Shown here: positions 48,576 through 57,455 of the stretch, piece by piece
Position numbering within the stretch: position 1 is the first letter of the stretch
Layout of the letters: each line of letters starts with the position of its first letter
Assembly (NCBI GenBank): GCA_937973565.1
Contig: CALJKQ010000064.1
Location: 3,671 to 67,670, forward strand
Direction: 5' to 3'
Length of the DNA stretch: 64,000 nucleotides
From: an uncultured Saprospiraceae bacterium
GTDB taxonomy: Bacteria; Bacteroidota; Bacteroidia; Chitinophagales; Saprospiraceae
Notes under the pieces: model-generated
Database searches by the model: none
What the model was told of the DNA's origin: nothing
What the model saw: the letters and a program-made list of their open reading frames with translations, nothing else
Made by a program: the position numbers and the translations under genes

Positions 48576-48764
48576 CCCGGATGCTCCGCTCCCTATGCCA
48601 ATGGAACAGCGTAGGGATCCGGTTTCATGGATGAGATTTGGGGTAGCCACTCGCAGAGCTCGTGGTTCATTCGCTTTTGATTGCCACCGGCAATCAAATT
48701 GCTACTTCGTAGCAACCGCTCAGTCATGCTCCGGATGCTCTGTCCCCGGATGCTCCGCTCCTCG
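48576..48764. repeat. inverted-orientation copies of the repeat core (TGCTCYGYTCCC) and ccggatgctc triplet, flanking a hairpin-rich 130-bp core
   Basis: cccggatgctccgctccct at 48576-48594. atgctccggatgctctgtccccggatgctccgctcctcg at 48726-48764. The core tgctccgctccc is the near reverse complement of gggaacggagca in the 29-bp units. An internal perfect hairpin ttgattgcc-acc-ggcaatcaa lies between them. Confidence 0.7.
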
Positions 48765-48772
48765 CTTACCAC

Positions 48773-48811
48773 AAAAAAAAAGGGATCAAGCTTAGCTTAA
48801 TCCCTTTTTTT
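48773..48811. terminator. bidirectional intrinsic terminator (serves rpsT on the minus strand)
   Basis: A9 run, then hairpin agggat-c-aagc-tta-gctt-a-atccct (48781-48805), then a T7 run. Lies 20 bp past the rpsT stop. Confidence 0.8.
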
Positions 48812-48830
48812 CTCTTTCGGTTACTGGTAA

Positions 48831-49085
48831 TTACCCGATGGCATTTACGTGCTTCATCAACTTGCTCTTCAAGTTGGAAGCTTTGTTTTTGTGCCAGGTG
48901 TTTTTCTTAGCCAGCTTGTCAATCATAGCTACCACCTTTGGTAAATACTTTACTGCTTCAGTCTTGTCTTCCAAAGCCCTTAATTTGGCGATGGCAGTCC
49001 TTGCAGATTTTTTATAATACCTGTTTCTCAATCGGATAACAAGGTCTTGCCTGATTCTCTTTTTTGATGACTTATGGTTTGCCAT
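48831..49085 (-). CDS. rpsT: 30S ribosomal protein S20
   Basis: 84 aa, [13 protein letters not shown]..., highly basic, typical S20. Confidence 0.95.
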   Translation of the reverse strand: MANHKSSKKRIRQDLVIRLRNRYYKKSARTAIAKLRALEDKTEAVKYLPKVVAMIDKLAKKNTWHKNKASNLKSKLMKHVNAIG

Positions 49086-49110
49086 TGATCTTAATTTATG
49101 AATTGGAGCG

Positions 49111-49118
49111 CAAAGATA
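49111..49118 (-). promoter_or_regulatory. candidate Bacteroidota -7 box (TAnnTTTG) for rpsT
   Basis: The minus strand reads TATCTTTG about 25 nt upstream of the rpsT ATG, with TTGG 19 nt further upstream. Confidence 0.35.
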
Positions 49119-49162
49119 ATTGTAAATCTACACTAAACCAAGTTTTTATGTAAAAAAACGCA

Positions 49163-49690
49163 TTAAAACCTTACTACATCCGAATATTGTTCTTTGTCAA
49201 ATAAAAAACTCGATACTCTCTTTTTGTTCTTCGTCACCTGCACCATGTTTTTTTGGTCATCGTACAGCTCAGTCAGAATATTATTTTTGATGCTTACTTC
49301 CTTTATTCCGGCCGGCACCTCGTATTCCATGTAACAATAAAAGGCAATAAAGTCCTCGCTCGGCTCTTTGCCAATAAAGCTGGGCTTTAGTACCTTGCCA
49401 CCACCACTTAATACCTGATGTTGGCTCAGGTAATCGGCAATGGCCTGGTCGGCCTCAGGAGCTTCATTGTCCCTGCCGAGTCGCAGATTCTTTTTGCCAC
49501 CCTTTGCAAGGATTTTTTCAAGGTCGTCTACAAAAATGTGGACTGTGACCTGAAGGGTTGAAGATGGGGTATCGTAGTTGATCTCGCTGCGGCTAAGATG
49601 AAAATCGTGAACTTCATCTCCTGTCCTGACCCATCCGGCTCCCGATACCCAGCACCCGGTAAGCAATAGGAATAATGCGGCAAGCTGCAT
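49163..49690 (-). CDS. hypothetical secreted protein (DUF6702-like by recollection)
   Basis: Signal-like N-terminus. HDFHLSRSEINYDTPSSTLQVTVHIFVDDLE resembles a Bacteroidota DUF family. Its start abuts the ahcY stop. Confidence 0.6.
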   Translation of the reverse strand: MQLAALFLLLTGCWVSGAGWVRTGDEVHDFHLSRSEINYDTPSSTLQVTVHIFVDDLEKILAKGGKKNLRLGRDNEAPEADQAIADYLSQHQVLSGGGKVLKPSFIGKEPSEDFIAFYCYMEYEVPAGIKEVSIKNNILTELYDDQKNMVQVTKNKKRVSSFLFDKEQYSDVVRF

Positions 49691-51003
49691 TAATACCTGT
49701 AATATTCTGGTTTAAAGGGACCCTCAACTTGTACACCAATGTAGTCGGCCTGGTCTTTCGACAGGGTTTCCAGCTCTACACCGATTTTGGCAAGGTGGAG
49801 TCTGGCTACCTTCTCATCCAGGTGCTTGGGCAAGGTGTAAACCTCATTTTTATAACTGGCGCTGTTGGTCCACAACTCGATCTGTGCCAGGGTCTGGTTG
49901 GTAAAGCTGTTGGACATTACAAAAGATGGGTGGCCGGTGGCACAGCCCAGATTCACCAACCTTCCTTCTGCCAGGATGATGATGTCTTTGCCATTGAGCG
50001 TGTATTTGTCGACCTGTGGTTTGATCTCAACCTTGGTGTCATTGTAGTTTTGTTTCAACCACGCCATGTCGATCTCGTTGTCGAAGTGTCCGATGTTGCA
50101 AACGATGGTTTTGTCTTTCATTTTCAGGAAGTGATCTCCTCTTACGATTGACTTGTTGCCGGTAGCTGTTACTACGATGTCCGCTTCACTTAAAGCATTT
50201 TCCAACCTTTTTACAGCAAAGCCATCCATAGCCGCCTGAAGGGCGCAAATGGGATCAATTTCGGTAACGATTACCCTGCAGCCGGCTCCTCTCAATGACG
50301 CTGCAGAACCCTTACCCACATCGCCGTAACCACAAACAACAGCTACTTTACCGGCCATCATGATGTCGGTGGCCCTGCGGATAGAATCCACTAAGGATTC
50401 TTTACAACCGTATTTGTTGTCGAATTTGGATTTGGTAACAGAGTCATTCACGTTGATGGCAGGCATGGGCAGGGTGCCATTTTTTACTCTTTCGTACAAT
50501 CTGTGTACGCCTGTAGTTGTCTCTTCAGACAAACCCTTGATGTTGGCAACCAGCTCCGGATAACGATCCAAAACCATATTGGTTAGATCTCCTCCGTCGT
50601 CGAGAATCATATTGAGGGGCTCACCTCCTTCGAATGCATGGAGGGTCTGCTCGATACACCAGTCAAATTCTTCTTCGTTCATACCCTTCCAGGCGAATAC
50701 CGGAATGCCCGCAGCAGCTATGGCAGCAGCAGCGTGATCCTGGGTAGAAAATATGTTGCAGGAAGACCATGATACCTGAGCGCCCAATTCTACAAGGGTC
50801 TCGATCAATACTGCGGTCTGTATGGTCATGTGCAGACAACCTGCGATTCTGGCTCCTTTGAGGGGCTTGCTTTGTCCGTACTCGGCGCGCAATGCCATCA
50901 AACCGGGCATTTCTGCTTCTGCCAATTCTACTTCCTTTCTGCCCCATGCAGCCAGGTTGATGTCTTTTACTTTGTAACTCAGTTGTTTCTCAGCTGTTGC
51001 CAT
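49690..51003 (-). CDS. ahcY: adenosylhomocysteinase
   Basis: 437 aa. [17 protein letters not shown] site [20 protein letters not shown], and C-terminal ...[10 protein letters not shown]. Confidence 0.95.
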   Translation of the reverse strand: MATAEKQLSYKVKDINLAAWGRKEVELAEAEMPGLMALRAEYGQSKPLKGARIAGCLHMTIQTAVLIETLVELGAQVSWSSCNIFSTQDHAAAAIAAAGIPVFAWKGMNEEEFDWCIEQTLHAFEGGEPLNMILDDGGDLTNMVLDRYPELVANIKGLSEETTTGVHRLYERVKNGTLPMPAINVNDSVTKSKFDNKYGCKESLVDSIRRATDIMMAGKVAVVCGYGDVGKGSAASLRGAGCRVIVTEIDPICALQAAMDGFAVKRLENALSEADIVVTATGNKSIVRGDHFLKMKDKTIVCNIGHFDNEIDMAWLKQNYNDTKVEIKPQVDKYTLNGKDIIILAEGRLVNLGCATGHPSFVMSNSFTNQTLAQIELWTNSASYKNEVYTLPKHLDEKVARLHLAKIGVELETLSKDQADYIGVQVEGPFKPEYYRY

Positions 51004-51132
51004 TTGTGATAATTTGCTTTTTTTTCAGTGGGCAAAGGTAGGAAATATATGACCTTTTTCGCCCGTATATTATCACAACAGTTTGTTAAAAATTTGGTTG
51101 TCAGGTTCGCATAAAACCCAAAATCCGACGTC

Positions 51133-51573
51133 TCACCGACCTCTATTGCGCGCCTTATTGATGATGTTGGACATGATCTCCTGGCGGAACTGTTTTTCAA
51201 CCCACAACAGGCGGGCTACTTTTTTGGCAGGAAGGAAAACTTTGAATTTTTCCACATACCGTCGCTCCAGCTGGATTTCTTTTTCCCGGATCTCAAAATG
51301 ACGGGCAATGTAGGCTTGGGCGTCTTTGTCGGACTCATCCCCTTCAAAATCAGATTTTTTTTCAGCCATCAATGCCGCACGTTCTGCTTCCATCTGGTTG
51401 TAGACGGGCCAGAACTTTTCAGATTCTTCAGGCGATAAGCCCAGCTTTTCGGTTATGAAGGCAATCTTCAGGGATTTGATCCGCTCTTCCAATGCTTCTC
51501 TTTTTTTGCCTATCTGTCCGAAGGCAAGTCCGGAGATCAACAATAAACTAAAAATAATAAAGGTCTTTTTCAT
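51133..51573 (-). CDS. periplasmic Spy/CpxP-like helical protein (ECF-associated)
   Basis: I start at MKKTFIIFSLLLISGLAFGQ. Helical, charged, with LGLSPEESEKFWPVYNQ (LTxxQ-like). Last gene of the sigma/anti-sigma operon. Confidence 0.6.
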   Translation of the reverse strand: MKKTFIIFSLLLISGLAFGQIGKKREALEERIKSLKIAFITEKLGLSPEESEKFWPVYNQMEAERAALMAEKKSDFEGDESDKDAQAYIARHFEIREKEIQLERRYVEKFKVFLPAKKVARLLWVEKQFRQEIMSNIINKARNRGR

Positions 51574-51596
51574 TATACTAAAACTAAAAATAAACA

Positions 51597-52169
51597 CTAC
51601 ATAATCTCATTAAGGTACTCAATTTCTTCATCGGTGAGGATGTCCTGCAACAGGGGTTCTTCGCTGTCCAGTCCTTCGATTTCCGGCAGACTGTTGTGGT
51701 CAACCGGTTCGAGTTGTTTCAGCAGCCAGAGGTCTTCTTCGGAATTATAATTTTGGAGCAGGTGGTTGACTTCTTCACTGGTGAGACTTTGGTTAAATTC
51801 TTTGCTCAGTGCTGCATAGGCATGCTCACTGTTGGTTTCATTGCCTGCGGGCAAAACAAATTTCAGCATCACCACGGCTACAATGACCAGCACGGCTGCT
51901 GCCGCCATCCAGCGAATGTTGCGCATAAGCACGACCCTGCCACCACCACCTTGTGCGCCCTTCGCGTTGGCCAACACCCAATCAGGCAGGCTGTCGAAAT
52001 AACCTACGGGCACACCGGCTTTGGTTTGAGCAGGCAAGCTACGCTCCAGTTGGATTTGTGCCATTACCTGATCTTGCATGGCATCAAAATACCCGGCGGG
52101 AGGATCCCCATGTGGTGATACTTTTTTCAGTTTTTCCAGCTCTTGGCTCAGTTTTTCTTTCTCTTCCAT
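51597..52169 (-). CDS. putative anti-sigma factor (single-pass membrane protein)
   Basis: 190 aa with one TM (WMAAAAVLVIVAVVMLKFVL). Sits directly downstream of the ECF sigma gene. Confidence 0.55.
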   Translation of the reverse strand: MEEKEKLSQELEKLKKVSPHGDPPAGYFDAMQDQVMAQIQLERSLPAQTKAGVPVGYFDSLPDWVLANAKGAQGGGGRVVLMRNIRWMAAAAVLVIVAVVMLKFVLPAGNETNSEHAYAALSKEFNQSLTSEEVNHLLQNYNSEEDLWLLKQLEPVDHNSLPEIEGLDSEEPLLQDILTDEEIEYLNEIM

Positions 52170-52180
52170 TTCTCTTTCTT

Positions 52181-52720
52181 TTAAGCCAGCAAATAGGCTT
52201 CAATTTTTTTCACTGCGTGGTGGTACGAGGCTTTGAGCGCACCTACGGAAGTGTCGAGTATATCTGACATTTCCTGGTAACTCATTTCATCGTAGTACCG
52301 CATATTAAAAACGATTCTCTGTTTTTCCGGCAGCTCCTCCAGCGCGTGTTTGAGCTTTTGAACGGCCTTTTCTTCATCGAAGTCATGGTCGGCCTGATCG
52401 GTGCTACCTACCTGAAATTCTTCGAGCGATTGTGTGGCCTTCTGTCGTTGGTTTTTTTTCAGGGTAAGTGCCTCATTGGTGGCTATGCGGTACAACCACG
52501 TGTATAAGCTCGAACGACCTTCAAAGTTGGCAAATCCACGGTAGGCCTTAACGAAAGTATTTTGCAATACGTCATCAGTGTCTTCGTGGTTTTCTACAAT
52601 CCTGCGGATGTGCCAGTAAACTTTTTCCTGGTACTTGTGCATGAGCAACCTGAAACCCTGCTCGAGGGTGGCGGCGTTTCGTAGCATTTCTACGATGGTG
52701 TCGTCATCAGCTTGCTGCAT
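52181..52720 (-). CDS. ECF-type RNA polymerase sigma-70 family factor
   Basis: I start at MQQADDDTIVEML. Region 2 DDVLQNTFVKAYRGFANFEGRSSLYTWLYRIATNEAL. Region 4 MSYQEMSDILDTSVGALKASYHHAVKKI. Confidence 0.88.
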   Translation of the reverse strand: MQQADDDTIVEMLRNAATLEQGFRLLMHKYQEKVYWHIRRIVENHEDTDDVLQNTFVKAYRGFANFEGRSSLYTWLYRIATNEALTLKKNQRQKATQSLEEFQVGSTDQADHDFDEEKAVQKLKHALEELPEKQRIVFNMRYYDEMSYQEMSDILDTSVGALKASYHHAVKKIEAYLLA

Positions 52721-52771
52721 ATTCCTATTGAATTGTAATGGTTTGACACCAATTTCACCCAAAGGTTTAAT

Positions 52772-53689
52772 CTAAACAGGGCGGGTGTCATTGAGTTTTT
52801 CGATGAACAACAGGGTCTTTTCCTCTTTGCTTTCGTACATGGGCAAAAATATGGCATTTTCCTGCACATTATCAATGCAGTACGAATGATTTTTATATAT
52901 AAATTGATTGTAGGTATCGTCGTATCCACGCACCATTACCAACAATTCGGCGGTCTGTTCACGCAATTCTTCCAAACTTTTGTAGAAAAAGGGACTCTTA
53001 TCATTGATCACATGGATAAGGGTCCAGTTGAGTGGAAAGAGATAGATAAATTCCAGTTCCAGTTCCAGTCGCTTAAACTTCCTGCGGCGCTGGCCTTCCA
53101 CTTCTTCCAGCCAGGTCATGTTGATGGATGCCTCCATATTGATCAGTGTATTGGCTCCTGCATTGACCAGGCGAAGTTGAAGGGACCGTTCATCACCATA
53201 GGGTGCAAGCACTACTTTATCAGCAAACTTGATTTTAACGGGGGCTTTTGAAAAGCGAAAAATCAAGAGACCTGTACCCAATGCATAACAGGTAAGTCCA
53301 ATCAATGAATTAAACGAAGAAACCACATTGGTAAAATGATCCTGTGGATTGAGGTAACCATAACCCACCGTGGTAAATGTCTGGATACTGAAATAATAAC
53401 AGTGCATAAAGTCCTCCCAGTTCCCGAGCACCTTTCCATTGAGTTTATCGATACCATGGATATAATACAAAAGAGCAAACAACCCATTGAGCAGTAAAAA
53501 GATGCCGATCAACTCCAGAATAAATGTATGCCACGGCACATTGACCAGGTGTTCAAAGGGCTTGGTACCTTCGCCACCAACCCGCTCGATGTTGAAGCTG
53601 CCGTCTTCATTGACTAGCCTCGCCCTGGCCGATACCTTGTTGGTAAAGCCAATATTGGCGCCCACCGGACCCTGGTGTTTATCTGTCAT
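52772..53689 (-). CDS. KirBac-type inward-rectifier potassium channel
   Basis: 305 aa. Two TM helices flank the pore helix plus selectivity filter FSIQTFTTVGYGY. A C-terminal cytoplasmic beta-rich domain is typical of IRK/KirBac. Confidence 0.85.
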   Translation of the reverse strand: MTDKHQGPVGANIGFTNKVSARARLVNEDGSFNIERVGGEGTKPFEHLVNVPWHTFILELIGIFLLLNGLFALLYYIHGIDKLNGKVLGNWEDFMHCYYFSIQTFTTVGYGYLNPQDHFTNVVSSFNSLIGLTCYALGTGLLIFRFSKAPVKIKFADKVVLAPYGDERSLQLRLVNAGANTLINMEASINMTWLEEVEGQRRRKFKRLELELEFIYLFPLNWTLIHVINDKSPFFYKSLEELREQTAELLVMVRGYDDTYNQFIYKNHSYCIDNVQENAIFLPMYESKEEKTLLFIEKLNDTRPV

Positions 53690-54110
53690 TTTTTGAGGAT
53701 ATCTTTTTTATCAAATGCAAGATTTTGTGAAATGAAAGTGGCTGCTTTATGCAACGCTGTCATTTGCTATGTTAAAGATAAAGAAAAGAGGAATATGAAA
53801 AGGTGAGGCGTGTCATGGTATAAGGTGAGGAGATGAGTTGGGGGCGGGGGCACATGGGTTATTTCCCCATGAATTGAATGCAGATGTGGATAACACGGGA
53901 AAAGTGAAAAATGCGATATATTTAAAATTCTTCCTGTGTTAAAGCCCATTTGAATGCGTGTAACACAATGCTCGAGGCTCTGCAATTATTTGCTGAGTAC
54001 AATAAAACAGCAATTTCTGTCTTAAGGAGTTGGGCGCGCGACAACATTGTTGGTATTTTATTACCTTGTGGCTCTATGATGGCTGCTTAAACAGCTATAA
54101 AAATATTTTT

Positions 54111-55376
54111 ATGAAGATCTCATTTTTTCAACAAATAATACAAAAGCACTATAACCATTTTGATGAGGATGAAAGACGGAATGTTACCATCTTCCTCATC
54201 CTGGAGTTGATGATGATTTTTGTAATTGGTTCATGGGGCTTTGGCTTTGCATATTTGGAAATGTGGGAGATGTTTTGGCTGGTCATCTTTACCTGGATCG
54301 GGTATGTACTTTTGTTTATAGGTACTGCTTTTTGGGGTCTTCCTTTCCATTTCGGGCGATCCGTTGCCTTGCTATTGGCCTTGGTTATAACCGGTCTTCC
54401 TCCGATATTTTATGGCATGGATACGATGATCACGGTGCATTTGGTTTTCGTACCCCTGGCTACCATTCTCTTGTTTTCAAGGAAGGAGAAAAAGCAATTT
54501 TTTATTTATCTGGGTTTGGTCTTTTTGGCGTTTATTTCTGTAGTTGCCTGGAATTCACTTTATGACCCTGTCTTCCAGGTACCTGCCCACACATTTAGAA
54601 TATTCAATACGGTTGTGACTTTGGATAGCATGTTTATTTCCATGTATTTTGCCTATTTCTTTTTTACCCAAAACAATGAGTTCAAAGATATGTTAGCGAC
54701 AGAAAGAGAAAAATCTGACCGCTTGTTGTTGAGTCTGTTTCCGGATTCCATCGCCGGAAAATTGCGTGACAGCAACCAATCCATAGCAGACAGTTTTGAC
54801 AATGTGACCATACTTTTTGCCGATATTGTAGGCTTCACAAGATATGCTAGTAACATGACACCTAATGAATTGGTGGCCATGTTGGATGAAATATTTAGCG
54901 AATTTGACGCATTGGCGGATAAATACGGTGTCGAAAAAATCAAAACAATAGGAGATTCTTATCTGGCAGTGGGAGGCCTTCCCTTGCCGGACGAAAATCA
55001 TTGCAGGAACATAGCTGAAATGGCCTTGGAAATGAACCGGGTTATAAAAGAGAAATACACTACAAAGTACAAGCTCACACTGCGCATGGGCATCCATACA
55101 GGCCATGCAGTGGCAGGGGTCATTGGAAATAAAAAATTTGCTTATGACATTTGGGGCGATTGCGTAAACATTGCCAGTCGTTTTGAATCCAATGGCCATC
55201 CGGAAAAAATCCATATTACAGAAGATGTAAAAAACACGTTGGGTGATGGCTATGTCTTCGAGGATTGCGGCCAAATCGATATCAAAGGAAAAGGTCTGAT
55301 GCATTCCTTCTTTTTATTGGGACGGAAGGGTGAAGTGTCTCCGATAACGGCCCAACGTTTAGGCAGCTTAAATTAG
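54111..55376 (+). CDS. membrane-anchored class III adenylate/guanylate cyclase
   Basis: I start at the ATG at 54111 (MKISFFQQ...). About 6 TM helices, then NVTILFADIVGFTRY, KIKTIGDSYLAVGG and FAYDIWGDCVNIASRFES. Confidence 0.9.
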   Translation: MKISFFQQIIQKHYNHFDEDERRNVTIFLILELMMIFVIGSWGFGFAYLEMWEMFWLVIFTWIGYVLLFIGTAFWGLPFHFGRSVALLLALVITGLPPIFYGMDTMITVHLVFVPLATILLFSRKEKKQFFIYLGLVFLAFISVVAWNSLYDPVFQVPAHTFRIFNTVVTLDSMFISMYFAYFFFTQNNEFKDMLATEREKSDRLLLSLFPDSIAGKLRDSNQSIADSFDNVTILFADIVGFTRYASNMTPNELVAMLDEIFSEFDALADKYGVEKIKTIGDSYLAVGGLPLPDENHCRNIAEMALEMNRVIKEKYTTKYKLTLRMGIHTGHAVAGVIGNKKFAYDIWGDCVNIASRFESNGHPEKIHITEDVKNTLGDGYVFEDCGQIDIKGKGLMHSFFLLGRKGEVSPITAQRLGSLN

Positions 55377-55560
55377 TAAATGGTTTTAAATGTGGGTTCT
55401 GCAAAAATATTGGCAAATAACGAAGTATGAGTTTAGTTTTATGCCTGCTAAATTGTATTACTGCTTTTAACTCCTTTCGAATGATAGCCAAGAACCTGGA
55501 GAAGAGTTGTCAATATTGATTACTTTTAAAATTAATCTTTACTTTATTATAAAAAACCTT

Positions 55561-57426
55561 ATGTCAAACACAGTTGTCCCACATAAAAATGAGTTTCATC
55601 AAAAGCTACTTCGTGAAAATCTGAATAAAATATTTGGTGATTTTGATGAGGCTATTTTAGGTGAAATAGAAGATCAATTGATATGGATAGAACTGGATGG
55701 TGGCAAAACCATTATCAGGGAAGGCGATGCCGGCGATTCGTTGTTTTTTGTGCTCAGCGGCAGATTGGTAGCCACTAAAAAAGACAGAGAAAACAATGAG
55801 TATAAGATAGGAGATGTCGTTCGCGGAGAAATGGTTGGCGAGATGTCGATTTTTACAGGAGAGGCACGTTACGCAACGGTGACAGCGATTAGGGATAGTG
55901 TTTTGGTTCAGCTGCCCAAAGCGCTATTTGAAAAAATAATCCGGAAGTATCCGGATGTTGGCTTAAATGTAACCAAACTTATCATAGATCGGGTTAAGAA
56001 ATCAAATAAGGCGCAAAAAAGTCATATAAACAACATTTGTTTTTACCCCATTCACGATTCTGTAAACTGCACAAAGCTAGTACAACCATTATTTGACTAC
56101 TGTAACCCGGGCATAAACATTTGCCACATAAATAAAGAAGTCTTGGTGCAAAATGGCTTCAATGTGGATCAGAACAAGGCTGAAGAAGATAAAAACACGA
56201 ACAGAGCCCTCATCAAATGGCTGAATGATATAGAGTCAATGCATGAGTTTATATTTTTTGAGTGTGAAAACAGGCCCGGCCCCTGGAACGACAAATTTCT
56301 CAGACAAGCAGATCACATCGTTTTGTTGGCAGATAGCACAAAGAGTTATGTGCCCACAGACATGGAAGAAATATTGGGTAAGATTAAAAATGTCCAATTT
56401 TCAATGGTCTTTATACATCCGGCCAATACTGAAATGCCGGAAAAAACCAGAAACTGGCTGGATGCACGACCTCAGATCAGAAGTCATTACCATCTGAGGT
56501 TGGGTCATGAAAAGGACTTGCAAAGACTGGGTAGGTTACTAACCGGCAGAGCCACAGGTCTCGTATTAGCGGGTGGTGGAGCCAAAGGGTTTGCTCACAT
56601 CGGAGTGATGCGGGCAATGGCTGAATATGGGATTCCCATTGACTACCTCGGGGGTACAAGTGTAGGATCTATGATGGCAGCCAGTTTTGCATTTGACAGA
56701 TCCATCGATGAAGTTGAAAAGACCATACGCGAAGCCACCGAGTACAAGCCTTCTTCTGACCTGAGTTTTATACCTCTTATTTCGCTGGTTAAAGGAATGA
56801 ATATAAAAAGGATGGTCGGTTTTACCATTAAAAAACTTAGTGGCATACATCATGTTGACCTGGCCGATACATGGATACCTATGTATATTGTGGCCTCCAA
56901 TTATACACGATCTGATGAAACCGTTTTTTTTAGGGGAAGTATGTCGAAGACATTGTTGGCTTCTGCAGCAATACCCGGTGTTTATCCCCCGGTTATAATC
57001 GATGGAGAATTGTATGTAGATGGTGGCACATTCAACAATTTTCCGGCAGATATTATGCGTAACCTGGAAATGAGCAAAGTGATTGGCATTGATTTCATGA
57101 TTGAAAAAAACCATACACTTACCATCGATGAAATGCCATCCAACAACCAGGTGTTCAGAGGTAAATTATTGGGCAAAAAGGATAACAAACACAAATTGCC
57201 CGGCATTGGATCCATCATTATTAACTCTACCCTGATGTACAGCAACGCCAAAAGGCACGAATCCATTGCTTATCTTGATTTGCACTTCAATCCGGATGTA
57301 GCCAAATTCGGTCTGACTGCCTGGACTGATTTCCACAAGATTGTTGAAAAAGGATATCAACATGCCAAACAGGTTTTGGAAGGTATGAGTCGTGAAGATT
57401 TGGCCAAATTTCAAAACCCAATTTGA
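55561..57426 (+). CDS. cyclic-nucleotide-binding domain fused to patatin-like phospholipase
   Basis: I start at the ATG at 55561 (MSNTVVPHK...). CNB phosphate-binding cassette GEMSIFTGEARYATVTA. Patatin GLVLAGGGAKGFAHIGV, GxSxG = GTSVG, catalytic YVDGGTFNNFP. Confidence 0.9.
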   Translation: MSNTVVPHKNEFHQKLLRENLNKIFGDFDEAILGEIEDQLIWIELDGGKTIIREGDAGDSLFFVLSGRLVATKKDRENNEYKIGDVVRGEMVGEMSIFTGEARYATVTAIRDSVLVQLPKALFEKIIRKYPDVGLNVTKLIIDRVKKSNKAQKSHINNICFYPIHDSVNCTKLVQPLFDYCNPGINICHINKEVLVQNGFNVDQNKAEEDKNTNRALIKWLNDIESMHEFIFFECENRPGPWNDKFLRQADHIVLLADSTKSYVPTDMEEILGKIKNVQFSMVFIHPANTEMPEKTRNWLDARPQIRSHYHLRLGHEKDLQRLGRLLTGRATGLVLAGGGAKGFAHIGVMRAMAEYGIPIDYLGGTSVGSMMAASFAFDRSIDEVEKTIREATEYKPSSDLSFIPLISLVKGMNIKRMVGFTIKKLSGIHHVDLADTWIPMYIVASNYTRSDETVFFRGSMSKTLLASAAIPGVYPPVIIDGELYVDGGTFNNFPADIMRNLEMSKVIGIDFMIEKNHTLTIDEMPSNNQVFRGKLLGKKDNKHKLPGIGSIIINSTLMYSNAKRHESIAYLDLHFNPDVAKFGLTAWTDFHKIVEKGYQHAKQVLEGMSREDLAKFQNPI

Positions 57427-57455
57427 GGAAATGTCCCATTAAAGTATTTTGAAGC

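Noticed and set aside
48425-48765. Retron-like msr/msd (inverted repeats around a structured core)
   Set aside because: There is no reverse transcriptase gene anywhere nearby, and I can identify no conserved msr features.
48379-48795. ORFs 48379..48567 (-) and 48595..48795 (+) as protein genes
   Set aside because: Both are generated by the repeat block. Their products are repetitive, Arg/Pro/Cys-rich nonsense that runs through terminator hairpins.
51004-51132. SAH riboswitch upstream of ahcY
   Set aside because: I read the minus-strand leader and found no GC-rich pseudoknot-type SAH element. The leader is AT-rich and short.
53767-53985. 72-aa ORF in the Kir/cyclase intergenic region
   Set aside because: It has no motif and odd composition, and it sits in a divergent promoter region. 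It is probably spurious.
54693-57114. 203-aa and 182-aa minus-strand ORFs
   Set aside because: They are antisense to the cyclase and CNB-patatin genes and have no independent support.
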